Shown piece after piece: positions 27,748-36,651 of a stretch of DNA of 44,668 bases (position 1 is the first letter of the stretch; the number at the start of each line of letters is the position of its first letter). The DNA comes from Deltaproteobacteria bacterium (GTDB taxonomy: Bacteria; Myxococcota; JACRCW01). Under the pieces are notes generated by a model, which had not been told where the DNA came from, did no database searches, and was given only the letters and a program-made list of their open reading frames with translations. Where the stretch lies: positions 1 through 44,668 of the forward strand of contig JACRCW010000015.1 of NCBI GenBank assembly GCA_016218805.1, written 5' to 3'. A program made the position numbers and the translations under genes.

Positions 27748-28767
27748 TCAGCCGCTGAGCAGCTGCCAGGCGCCCGCGCCGGCCAGCAGTGCTGCCGCCA
27801 ACAACAGGATCACGCCGCCCACTGCGGCGGTGGCGGCGCCCGCCAACGAAAACGGAACCACCAGCCGCCGTCCCACGGGCCGCGTGGCCTGGATGGTCCA
27901 CACCAGGGCGTACGCGGTCCCGCCCAGCAGCCCCAGGAGGGCGCCCGCACCAAGCACCATGCCGCCCGCGGCGGCGGCCAGCGCGCCCGGTGTGAAGGCC
28001 AGCGCGCGCGGCACCCCTGTGCGTCCCTCCACCCCGCGCGCCGCCGGGGCCGGCGTGGACGGTGGGTGCGCAGGTGGTGGGGGTGCCCCGGCCGCGGGTT
28101 CGGGGACCAGCTGGAATACCGCCACAGACGACCGCCCGGCCTTCATGGCCACGTCCCGCTCCTCGGCCACATGGCCGGCCAGCGCCACGCGCACGCGGTG
28201 GGCACCGGGCGGCAGGGGCACATTGTTGAGCGGCGTCACGCCGGCCGCAGCCCCGTCCAGGAACACAGATGCGCCCGCCGGCGTGCTGGCCACCGAAACG
28301 TGCGCCGGGCGCTGCCGCCCCAGCCGTGCCCGGACCGCGTCCGTCACCGCAGCGACGTCCGCTTCCTCCCCGCCCAGCGGCCGCTGCACCGCGCGCTGGG
28401 GCTGTCCCTGGCACCCGTCCATCCACTGCAGCTCCAGCAGGCGCGGCGACCCCACGCGGACGGTGACCATGCCCAGCGCGTCCACGCGCATGACCGTGCA
28501 CAGCTGCCGCAGGCAGCGCGCATCCAGCGCCTGGCAGCCCATGGACAGCAGGATCTCGTCCAGGACCAGTGACGGCGCGGGGCGGCCGCGGAACTCGGCG
28601 CTCTCAGCCGTCACGCCGGCCAGGGCGTCGCGCAGGCGCGCGGCCAGCGGCGGTGGCACGGTGCCTTCATCCACAAAGACCATCACCGTGCGCTCCGGCA
28701 CGGGTTCCGGCCCACCGGCCGCGGCACCCAACCACGCGGCCATCACCATTCCCCCGACCCACGCCAT
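27748..28767 (-). CDS. PEGA-domain membrane protein
   Basis: VASTPAGASVFLDGAAAGVTPL...LPPGAHRVRVALAGH; two C-terminal TM helices; start uncertain. Confidence 0.8.
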   Translation of the reverse strand: MAWVGGMVMAAWLGAAAGGPEPVPERTVMVFVDEGTVPPPLAARLRDALAGVTAESAEFRGRPAPSLVLDEILLSMGCQALDARCLRQLCTVMRVDALGMVTVRVGSPRLLELQWMDGCQGQPQRAVQRPLGGEEADVAAVTDAVRARLGRQRPAHVSVASTPAGASVFLDGAAAGVTPLNNVPLPPGAHRVRVALAGHVAEERDVAMKAGRSSVAVFQLVPEPAAGAPPPPAHPPSTPAPAARGVEGRTGVPRALAFTPGALAAAAGGMVLGAGALLGLLGGTAYALVWTIQATRPVGRRLVVPFSLAGAATAAVGGVILLLAAALLAGAGAWQLLSG

Positions 28768-28857
28768 GGCCGCATGACGCCAGCCCCGCACCGGCCCGTC
28801 AAGCACGTGGCGCACGGCCACCCACATCCGGTAACGCTGATGGCCCGGAGGTTACCC

Positions 28858-30069
28858 ATGGCCGCCACGCTGTTGGTCCCCACGCTGCTGTATGACGGCA
28901 CGCGCGCTCCCCCGCGCGCGGACGCGGCCGTGCTGGTTGATTCCGGGCGCATCCTGGAGGTGGGCCCCGCGGCGGAGTTGCGCACGCGCACCGCGGAGGT
29001 GGTGGCGCTGCAGGGGACATTGTGCCCGGGGCTCATTGACGTGCACACGCACCTGGCGCTGGCCGCCACGGCGGACCCCGCCGCCACGCTGCGGGCGGAA
29101 TCCGGCACCCGCACCACGGCGCGCGCCATCCGGCACCTGGCCCAGCAGCTGCTGGCCGGCGTGACCACGGTGCGTGACCTGGGCGCGCCCGGCGGGATTG
29201 ACCTGGAGCTGGCGCGCGCCCAGCGCGAGGGCTTCCTGCGCGGGCCGCGCGTGATGCCCGCGGGGAAGCTGGTGGCCATGACGGGCGGACACGCGTGTTA
29301 CCTGGGCGTGGAGGCGGACGGGCCGGACGCGGTGCGCCGCGCCGTGCGGGAGCAGCTCAAGGCTGGCGCGGAGGTCATCAAGGTCATCGCCACCGGCGGC
29401 ATCATCAGTGAAGGCGTGCAGCCCGGCAGCCCGCAGCTCACGGTGGAGGAAATGCGCGCGGCGGTGGAGGAGGCGGTCAAGGCGGGCCGGCGCGTGTCCG
29501 CGCACGCACAGGGCACCGCGGGCATCCACAACGCGCTGCAGGCCGGCGTGCACACGGTGGAACACGGGTTCTGGCTGGATGACGCGGCCGTGGGCCTGAT
29601 GCGGCAGAAGGACGTGACGTTTGTGGCCACCTTCTGCGCCGCGCGCGCCATGCTGGAGCAGCTGGAGCGGCTGCCCGCGTTCATCCGCGCCAAGATGGAG
29701 ACGGTGGGTGATGCGCACGCGCGCAGTTTCCGGCGCGTGCTGGAGGGCGGCGTGCGGTTCGCGTGCGGGACGGACGCGGGCACCCCGTTCAACCCGCACG
29801 GCAGCCTCCCGCGCGAAGTGGCGCTGCACGTGGAACACGGCGCCCCGGTGCTGGCCGCGTTGCACGCCGCCACCGGCGCCGCCGCGGAAGCGTTGGGCCG
29901 TGATGACGTGGGCCTGCTGGCGCGCGGCCGCATTGCCGACCTCGTGCTCGTGGACGGTGACCCCGCGCAGGACGTCAGCGCGCTCACGCGCGTGCGCGCC
30001 ACCTGGCAAGCCGGCCGCGTGGTGGACCGCGCGGCGCTGGCAGCCATCAGCGCCAACGTGGCCGCGTAA
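28858..30069 (+). CDS. Metal-dependent amidohydrolase (Xaa-Pro dipeptidase/ochratoxinase-like subgroup)
   Basis: PGLIDVHTH, IKVIATGG, AHAQG, EHG, GTDAG and ADLVLVDGDP; GGAGG RBS. Confidence 0.9.
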   Translation: MAATLLVPTLLYDGTRAPPRADAAVLVDSGRILEVGPAAELRTRTAEVVALQGTLCPGLIDVHTHLALAATADPAATLRAESGTRTTARAIRHLAQQLLAGVTTVRDLGAPGGIDLELARAQREGFLRGPRVMPAGKLVAMTGGHACYLGVEADGPDAVRRAVREQLKAGAEVIKVIATGGIISEGVQPGSPQLTVEEMRAAVEEAVKAGRRVSAHAQGTAGIHNALQAGVHTVEHGFWLDDAAVGLMRQKDVTFVATFCAARAMLEQLERLPAFIRAKMETVGDAHARSFRRVLEGGVRFACGTDAGTPFNPHGSLPREVALHVEHGAPVLAALHAATGAAAEALGRDDVGLLARGRIADLVLVDGDPAQDVSALTRVRATWQAGRVVDRAALAAISANVAA

Positions 30070-30441
30070 GGCACACCGCCGGTTGGGGATGCGCGACGAG
30101 AAATCCACAATGCGCGATCTTCCTGCGCGATGTCTGATCTGCGCGGTTGGAGAGATCACTTCAACCAGCCCTTGAAGCCGGATCCGCGCGTGGAGAAAAA
30201 CCGTGGTCACAGCGCGAGATGAAGAAAGCGCGAAGAACGCGTCTTGATCGCGCGGGAAGCCTCTTGATAGGGAATCCACCCGCGCGTTCCGCGCCGCGGT
30301 TGATCGCGGAGAAAACGGTAGGAGCGCTCCAGTGGGATCGGGCCCCCGGCGGGGGGCGGAAATCGGAAGGTCACGTGAAAGCGTGGCCGGGCACAGGTGT
30401 ACCCGTTGGCCGGTGGTTTCCCGGCCCAAAGGTGGTGGCGG
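30070..30441. promoter_or_regulatory. dnaA upstream non-coding region (promoter, possibly origin-associated) with clustered short motifs
   Basis: 372-bp spacer, more A-rich than flanking genes; 7 GATC, 5 GCGCGA plus 1 TCGCGC, and only degenerate DnaA-box-like 9-mers. Confidence 0.55.
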
Positions 30442-31842
30442 ATGCAGGTGGCGGCGGCACAACCCGAGTTGGTGGGAGACAGCCGCAAGGCCGCCGAGTT
30501 GTGGCACGGCGCCATGGCCCGCCTCTCCACGCGGGTGTCGCCGCACGTGTTGCAGACGTGGTTTGTCCCCACGCGGCCCGTCACGCTGGAGGGCACGGCC
30601 CTGACGCTGGGCGTGCCGTCCAACTTCCACGCAGACTGGCTGCGGGACCACTACCAGGACGTGCTGGAAGCGGAGCTGCGGTCTGAGCAGCCCGGCTGCC
30701 GCCTGCGCTTCCAGGTGATGCCGGAGCTGGAGGCGCCTGCCGCGGGCGGGCCGGCGTCCGTGACCCGCGCTGACGCCAACCGCGCCTCCACGCCGCCCTC
30801 CGCGGTGCGCGAACGCCTGCAGACGTCCTTCAACCCGCGCTACACGCTGGATGGCTTTGTGCGCGGGCCATCCAACCAGCTGGCCGCCGCCGCCGCGGAC
30901 GCCATCACGGACAAACCCGGGAGCCTGTACAACCCGCTGTTTGTGTTTGGCGGGGTGGGGTTGGGGAAGACGCACCTGCTGCACGCGGTGGGGCAGGCCA
31001 TCCAGCAGCGGCACCCGGAATGGAACGTGCTGTACGTGTCCGCGGAGGACTTTGCCAACGACCTCATTGCGTGCCTGCAGAACGGGCGGATGGAGAACTT
31101 CCGGCACCGCTGGCGCGGGCTGTGTGACGTGTTGCTGCTGGATGACGTGCACTTCCTGGGCAGCAAGGAGCGGACGCAGGAGGAGTTCTTCCACGTCTTC
31201 AACCATCACCACCAGCTGGGCCGGCAGATTGTGGTCACCTCAGACCGCTTCCCGCATGAGATGGCCGGCGTGGAGGAGCGCCTGCGCAACCGGCTGCAGT
31301 GGGGCCTCATTGTGGACATCCAGCCCCCTGAGCTGGAGACGCGCATGGCCATCCTGGGCAGCAAGGCCGCCGCCATGGGCGTGCGCCTCCCGGATGAGGT
31401 CTCCCACTTCCTGGCCAGCCACATCCGCCAGAACGTGCGCGAACTGGAGGGCGCGCTGACCCGCGTGGTGGCCGCCTCCTCCGTGCACGGGCGCGTGCTC
31501 AACGTGGACCTGTGCCGCACGGAGCTGCGGGACCTGTCGCTCGCGCGCGCGCGCACCCCCACGTGCGAGGAGATCCAGAAGCACGTGTGCTCGCTGTACA
31601 ACGTGAACATCACGGAGATGCGCGGCCCGCGGCGCAACCGCGGCATCACCACGCCGCGCCACGTGGCCATGTACCTGTGCCGCAAGCACACGCAGGCGTC
31701 GTTCCCGGAAATCGGCGCCGCGTTTGGCGGGAAGGACCACACCACCGTCATGGCGTCAGTCCGCAAGATTGAAGAGCTGGTGCGCACAGACCCTGCGGTG
31801 ACCCAGGCAGTGGAAGCGCTAGACCGTATCCTGCAGGCGTGA
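30442..31842 (+). CDS. dnaA: Chromosomal replication initiator protein DnaA (all four domains)
   Basis: Domain I VPSNFHADW, YNPLFVFGGVGLGKTHL, LLLDDVHFL, TQEEFFH, NVRELEGAL and AMYLCR...IGAAFGGKDHTTV. Confidence 0.97.
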   Translation: MQVAAAQPELVGDSRKAAELWHGAMARLSTRVSPHVLQTWFVPTRPVTLEGTALTLGVPSNFHADWLRDHYQDVLEAELRSEQPGCRLRFQVMPELEAPAAGGPASVTRADANRASTPPSAVRERLQTSFNPRYTLDGFVRGPSNQLAAAAADAITDKPGSLYNPLFVFGGVGLGKTHLLHAVGQAIQQRHPEWNVLYVSAEDFANDLIACLQNGRMENFRHRWRGLCDVLLLDDVHFLGSKERTQEEFFHVFNHHHQLGRQIVVTSDRFPHEMAGVEERLRNRLQWGLIVDIQPPELETRMAILGSKAAAMGVRLPDEVSHFLASHIRQNVRELEGALTRVVAASSVHGRVLNVDLCRTELRDLSLARARTPTCEEIQKHVCSLYNVNITEMRGPRRNRGITTPRHVAMYLCRKHTQASFPEIGAAFGGKDHTTVMASVRKIEELVRTDPAVTQAVEALDRILQA

Positions 31843-31845
31843 GTC

Positions 31846-31980
31846 TCAGCCCGTGGGCTGGGGCGCGGCGTTGCCCGGTTGGTCATGGTCATGGCGGGCA
31901 GGACGCAGCGCCAGCGGCAGCAACAGGGCGCCGCCGGGCACCAGCGCAATCACCACCCAGAGAAGCAGACGCCACACCAT
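31846..31980 (-). CDS. Small membrane protein (44 aa), not in the ORF track
   Basis: MVWRLLLWVVIALVPGGALLLPLALRPARHDHDQPGNAAPQPTG*; GGAGG immediately upstream; host-like codons. Confidence 0.55.
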   Translation of the reverse strand: MVWRLLLWVVIALVPGGALLLPLALRPARHDHDQPGNAAPQPTG

Positions 31981-32099
31981 GACCTCCGTGCTGAGCACCG
32001 CCCGTGCCAGGATGAGCGGGCGGGATTCGCGTGATGTTTTGGGGTTCCCGGGCTGACAAACCTGTCAGGGCGCACGGGAGAAGCGTGCCTCAGCGGCTC

Positions 32100-32813
32100 T
32101 CAACGCGAGACGCCCACAGCCGCCAGCGCCACGCTCACCACCATGGCGGTCACCTCCACCCGCGTGGTGACTGCCGCATCCATGAAGCGCCGCAGCAGCT
32201 TGCCCACGCCGTTGCCCACCAGGATGGAGAGGGTCAGCAGCAGGGTGGGCCAGGCCAGGCCTGCGTGCAGCAGACCGCCCGCGCCGTACGCAATGAGGCG
32301 CCCCACGTGGATGGTCACGCCCACCGCCGCGGAGGTGGCCACATACGGCTCACCGGTCAGGCCCGCACCCATCAGCACCGGCCCCACCAGCACACCCGCG
32401 CCGCTGCCCATGGCGGACAACACGCCCACGCCGCCGCCCACGGGAATCAGCACGCGCGGCGGCCAGCGCATGCTGATGCGCCCGCTGGCGCGCAGGATGG
32501 CCAGCACCAGCACCCCCGCCATGGCCACCCGCAACACCCATGACGGCACCCACGCCACGGCAAACCCGCCCAGCAGCGCACCGGGCAGCGCGCCGGCCAG
32601 CAGCGGCCGGACCACCACGACGTCCACGCGGGTTCGCCAGGTGACCAGGCGGTGCAGGTTGCCCACCAGCAGCGCCGGCGCGGTGATGGCCAGCACCACG
32701 GACGGTTCCATCACCACGCTGAGCGCCAGCACGGCCATCAGGCCGCCGCCCATGCCGGCCACCGTGGTCAGCGTCCCCGCCAGGATGCCCATCACCATCA
32801 GGACCGCGTCCAT
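32100..32813 (-). CDS. TauE/SafE (TSUP) family permease
   Basis: Two repeats with AGMGGG and MGSGAG motifs, multiple TM helices; GGAGG RBS. Confidence 0.85.
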   Translation of the reverse strand: MDAVLMVMGILAGTLTTVAGMGGGLMAVLALSVVMEPSVVLAITAPALLVGNLHRLVTWRTRVDVVVVRPLLAGALPGALLGGFAVAWVPSWVLRVAMAGVLVLAILRASGRISMRWPPRVLIPVGGGVGVLSAMGSGAGVLVGPVLMGAGLTGEPYVATSAAVGVTIHVGRLIAYGAGGLLHAGLAWPTLLLTLSILVGNGVGKLLRRFMDAAVTTRVEVTAMVVSVALAAVGVSR

Positions 32814-32852
32814 CACCACCTCCATGGCCCGCTTGTACCGTGCGCGCACTCC

Positions 32853-32898
32853 ATCAATCCAATGGATTGTTTTCATCATCATGATAACTTCTGCTTAT
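32853..32898. promoter_or_regulatory. Two LysR-type T-N11-A sites in the divergent promoter
   Basis: ATAA-N7-TTAT (32884-32898) overlapping the lysR start and ATC-N9-GAT (32853-32867), within an AT-rich spacer. Confidence 0.7.
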
Positions 32899-33805
32899 GT
32901 ATGACTCCTTCCGGCACTTCCTCCTGGTGGCCCAACACGGGACGTTCACGGAGGCCGCGCGGCACGCGCACCTCACGCAGCCCGCGCTGACGGCCTCCAT
33001 GCGGCGGCTGGAGGAAGAGTTGGGCGCACGGCTGTTTGATCGGGGGCGCTCCGGTGCCCAGCTGACGGCGGCGGGGCGGGCGCTGCTGCCGCGCGCGCAG
33101 TCCGCGCTGGCCGCCGTGGAGGACGGGCGGCGTGCGGTGGCGGAGGTGCTGGGCCTGCAGGCGGGCGAAGTGCGGCTGGGCGCGGGTGCCACCGCGTGCA
33201 CCTACCTGCTGCCGCCCGTGCTGGCGCGGTTCCGCGCGCAGCATCCCGGCGTGCGCATCCTGCTCAAGGAGTCCATTGCCGCCGTCGTGGAAGAGGAGTT
33301 GCGGCGCGGAGACCTGGACCTGGGCATCATCACGCATGACGGCGGCGAACTGTGGCGACAGGACGCACTGGTGCTGGTGGCCGCGCCGGGCTTTGCCGTC
33401 CCGCGTGACGTGGAGGAGGCGCCGTTCATCACGTTTGCGCCGGGCGCGACAACGCGGCTGGTGCTGGAGCAGCGCTTTCCCAAGGCGCGCATCGTCATGG
33501 AACTGGGCAGCATTGACGCGGTGAAGGAGCACGTGCGCGCGGGCATTGGCGTGGCGCTGGTGAGCCTGGCAGCGGCGCGCGGGGAGCTGCGCGCGCGGCG
33601 CCTGCGTCAGGTGCGCCACCCGCTGACGCCCATCCCGCGGCCCTTCCACCTGGTGCACCGGGGCGTGGACCGCCTCCCCCCCGCGGCGGCGGAGTTGCGG
33701 CGGATGCTGCTGGCCGACACACCCGGCGCTGTGCGTGCGGCCGCCGCGTCGGTTAAGAGCGGGACCCGTGGCGTCCGCCGCAGGCGGCGCCGGGAGAGTC
33801 CATGA
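32897..33805 (+). CDS. LysR-family transcriptional regulator
   Basis: FTEAARHAHLTQPALTASMRRLEEELGARLFDR HTH motif; divergent from the TauE gene. Confidence 0.93.
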   Translation: MYDSFRHFLLVAQHGTFTEAARHAHLTQPALTASMRRLEEELGARLFDRGRSGAQLTAAGRALLPRAQSALAAVEDGRRAVAEVLGLQAGEVRLGAGATACTYLLPPVLARFRAQHPGVRILLKESIAAVVEEELRRGDLDLGIITHDGGELWRQDALVLVAAPGFAVPRDVEEAPFITFAPGATTRLVLEQRFPKARIVMELGSIDAVKEHVRAGIGVALVSLAAARGELRARRLRQVRHPLTPIPRPFHLVHRGVDRLPPAAAELRRMLLADTPGAVRAAAASVKSGTRGVRRRRRRESP

Positions 33806-34677
33806 CGCGCAAGTTCATCCAGTTCCAGGGAACGCCGGAGTACGTCACCAGCGCGGCGCTGCAGGATGCCGTCAACGTCGCCATTGCGCTGGAGCGGCCG
33901 CTGCTCCTCAAGGGCGAACCGGGCACCGGCAAGACCGTGCTGGCCGGCCACGTGGCGCGTGCGCTGGGGATGAAGCTGCTGACCTGGCACATCAAGTCCA
34001 CGTCCAAGGCGCAGGACGGCCTGTATGTGTACGACACGGTACAGCGCCTCAATGACAGCCGGTTCGGCGGCGGGGACGTGGCGGACATCCGCCGCTACAT
34101 CCGCCTGGGGCCGCTGGGGCAGTCATTTGCCAGCCCGGAGCGGGTGGTGCTGCTCATTGACGAGATTGACAAGGCGGACCTGGAGTTCCCCAACGACCTG
34201 CTGCGTGAGCTGGACGAGATGCAGTTCACCATCATGGAGACCTCCGACACCATCCGCGCACAGAACCGCCCGGTGGTGATGATCACCTCCAACAACGAGA
34301 AGGAGCTGCCGGACGCATTCCTGCGCCGCTGCATCTTCCATTTCATTGACTTCCCGGACCGCGAGCAGATGACGGAGATTGTGGCGGTGCACCACAAGCA
34401 GCTGGATGAGAAGCTGCTGGAGCAGGTGCTCATCAAGTTCTTCTGGCTGCGCGAGCAACCGGAGTTCCGCAAGAAACCCTCCACCAGCGAGTTGGTGGAC
34501 TGGATCTCCGCGCTGCTGCGCGGCGGCGTGACGCTGGAGCAGTTGGAGAAAACGGTGCCGTTTGTGGGCGTGCTGCTCAAGAAGGAGCAGGACGTGCGGG
34601 TGCTGGACCGAACGCTGAAGGCCAAGGGCGCGCCACCCACGACGTGGAGCCAGCTCGGGCCGCGGTATTCGCAGTGA
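33802..34677 (+). CDS. MoxR-family AAA+ ATPase
   Basis: GEPGTGKT, LIDEIDKA and ITSNNEKELPDAFLRRC. Confidence 0.92.
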   Translation: MTRKFIQFQGTPEYVTSAALQDAVNVAIALERPLLLKGEPGTGKTVLAGHVARALGMKLLTWHIKSTSKAQDGLYVYDTVQRLNDSRFGGGDVADIRRYIRLGPLGQSFASPERVVLLIDEIDKADLEFPNDLLRELDEMQFTIMETSDTIRAQNRPVVMITSNNEKELPDAFLRRCIFHFIDFPDREQMTEIVAVHHKQLDEKLLEQVLIKFFWLREQPEFRKKPSTSELVDWISALLRGGVTLEQLEKTVPFVGVLLKKEQDVRVLDRTLKAKGAPPTTWSQLGPRYSQ

Positions 34678-34686
34678 GGTGAGCGC

Positions 34687-35880
34687 GTGTTCCTGGATTT
34701 CTTCTACGCGCTGCGCCAGGAGGGCATCCCCGTCTCCATCCAGGAATGGCGGGCGCTGCTGACGTCGCTGGAGCACGGCCTGCACCGGGACAGCCTGGAC
34801 CGTTTCTACGGCATTGCCCGGGCGTGCCTGGTGAAGACGGAGGCGCATTACGACGCGTTTGACCGCGCGTTCCTGCGCGTGTTTGAGGGCGTGGAGGGCG
34901 CGCTGCCCATCACCGACGCGCTGCTGGACTGGCTGCGTGAAGCCCGGGACCTCCCCGAACTCACAGCTGAGCAATGGGAGAAGCTCAAGGAGCTCTCCAC
35001 CACGGACCTGATGGACCAGTTTGACAAGACGCTGCGCGAACAGAAGGAGCGCCATGACGGCGGCAGCCGCTGGGTGGGCACCGGCGGGTCCAGCCCGTAC
35101 GGGAACTCCGGGCGTCACCCCTCCGGCATCCGCGTGGGCGGCGAAGGCCGCAGCCGCTCCGCCATGAAGGTGGCAGAGAGCCGGCGCTACCTGGGCTACC
35201 GGACGGACATCACGCTGGACATCCGGCAGATGGTGATGGCGCTGCGCCGCCTGCGGCAGCTGACGCGCACGGGCAGCGCCACGGAACTGGACCTTGAGGA
35301 GACCATTGACAAGACGTGCCGCAACGCGGGCGAGATTGAGCTGGAGTTCCGTCCGCCGCGCCGCAATGACGTGCGCCTGCTGCTGATGCTGGACGTGGGC
35401 GGCACCATGGATCCGTACACGCAGCTTGTCGGGCAGCTGTTGTCCGCCATGAAGCAGACCCACGGCCTGCGCGATTTCCGCTTCTACTATTTCCACAACT
35501 GCATCTACGACCGCATCTTCACGCACCCGTGGCTGCGCCGGCAGGACTCGGTGGGGCTGGGTCAGCTGTTCCGTGAGCTGGACGGGCGCTGGAAGCTGAT
35601 GGTGGTGGGTGACGCGGCCATGCATCCGGCGGAGTTGCTGCAGAGCTACGGCAACATTGACCACACCGAAGCCGTGGAATCCACGGGATTGGACTGCCTG
35701 CAGATGGTGCGGCAGCGCTACCCGCGTGCGGTGTGGATGAACCCGGACCCGCCGCGCGCGTGGGGCAGCCGCAGCACACAGGTGATCGGGAAGATCTTCC
35801 CCATGTTCCACCTGTCGGTCTCCGGCCTGGAGGACGCGGTGAAGACGCTGGTGGGTGCGCGCACGGACAAGGCGGCCTGA
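34687..35880 (+). CDS. VWA-domain (CoxE-like) partner of the MoxR ATPase
   Basis: MFLDFFYALR, WVGTGGSSPYG, LDVGGTM (MIDAS variant), YFHNC, VGDAAM and WMNP. Confidence 0.88.
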   Translation: MFLDFFYALRQEGIPVSIQEWRALLTSLEHGLHRDSLDRFYGIARACLVKTEAHYDAFDRAFLRVFEGVEGALPITDALLDWLREARDLPELTAEQWEKLKELSTTDLMDQFDKTLREQKERHDGGSRWVGTGGSSPYGNSGRHPSGIRVGGEGRSRSAMKVAESRRYLGYRTDITLDIRQMVMALRRLRQLTRTGSATELDLEETIDKTCRNAGEIELEFRPPRRNDVRLLLMLDVGGTMDPYTQLVGQLLSAMKQTHGLRDFRFYYFHNCIYDRIFTHPWLRRQDSVGLGQLFRELDGRWKLMVVGDAAMHPAELLQSYGNIDHTEAVESTGLDCLQMVRQRYPRAVWMNPDPPRAWGSRSTQVIGKIFPMFHLSVSGLEDAVKTLVGARTDKAA

Positions 35881-35900
35881 CGCGGGGTACGGTCTCCGTC

Positions 35901-36545
35901 GTGGCGGACCTGCTCCCCTGGATGGCCGTGGTGGGCGCGGGCCTGGTGGCCGCGGTGGTGGTGCACGAACTCGGGCACGCGCTGGCGGCAATTCTGCTGG
36001 GCGGTCACGTGGCCGCGGTGGGCCTGGGCTCACCCCGGCGGGCGCGGCACGTGCGCGGGCCGGCGGGGACGGCGTGGTTTCTGGGCCCGCGCGCGGCCAC
36101 CGGCGTGACCACGTGGCTGCAGCCGCCGCCGCGCGGCTGGTCCCCGGGGCGCTGGGCCGCCGTTGTGGGCGCGGGGCCCGCGGTCAACGTGCTGGCGGGC
36201 GCGGCGTGCCTGCTGGGCCCCGCTGAGTGGCGCGTGCTGGGCGCGCTGCAGCTCCTGCACGGCGTGAGCAACCTGCTGCCGGCCGGGCGGGGTCCGCACG
36301 GCGCCCCGTCTGACGGCACCCAGCTGCTGGCGCTTTGGCGGGGCGCGCCCGCGGAGGCTGCAGCCTGCCGGTCCGCTCCCCCCGCCGAGTTGGCGGCGCA
36401 CGCGCGCGCCTTCCGGGCCATGGGCTGCCCTGCCCTGTCCGCCCGCCTGTGGCTCCTGGCGGCCCGGGCCTTTGATGACGACGGGCGTGCGGCTTCCGCA
36501 GCCCGCGCCCGCGCGCGGGCCGGCGCGCTGGCCGCACCGGTTTGA
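35901..36545 (+). CDS. M50-family (site-2-like) membrane metallopeptidase; start uncertain
   Basis: HELGH in a TM helix, AGPAVN and NLLP...SDG. Confidence 0.75.
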   Translation: MADLLPWMAVVGAGLVAAVVVHELGHALAAILLGGHVAAVGLGSPRRARHVRGPAGTAWFLGPRAATGVTTWLQPPPRGWSPGRWAAVVGAGPAVNVLAGAACLLGPAEWRVLGALQLLHGVSNLLPAGRGPHGAPSDGTQLLALWRGAPAEAAACRSAPPAELAAHARAFRAMGCPALSARLWLLAARAFDDDGRAASAARARARAGALAAPV

Positions 36546-36651
36546 CACACTGCGTCCGAAGTGGCCTCGCACCCCGGCTCCTTCCTGGGGTATGCGAAGC
36601 AATTTTGTACCCACCGGACCGCACGTCCGGAACACGTGTTCAGGAGCCCCC

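Noticed and set aside
30070..30441. Calling this region oriC outright
   Set aside because: No perfect DnaA boxes and no clear AT-rich unwinding element; reported only as a candidate.
28852..31212. 786-aa minus-strand ORF crossing the dnaA upstream spacer
   Set aside because: Antisense to the amidohydrolase and dnaA, with Arg/His/Gly-rich shadow composition.
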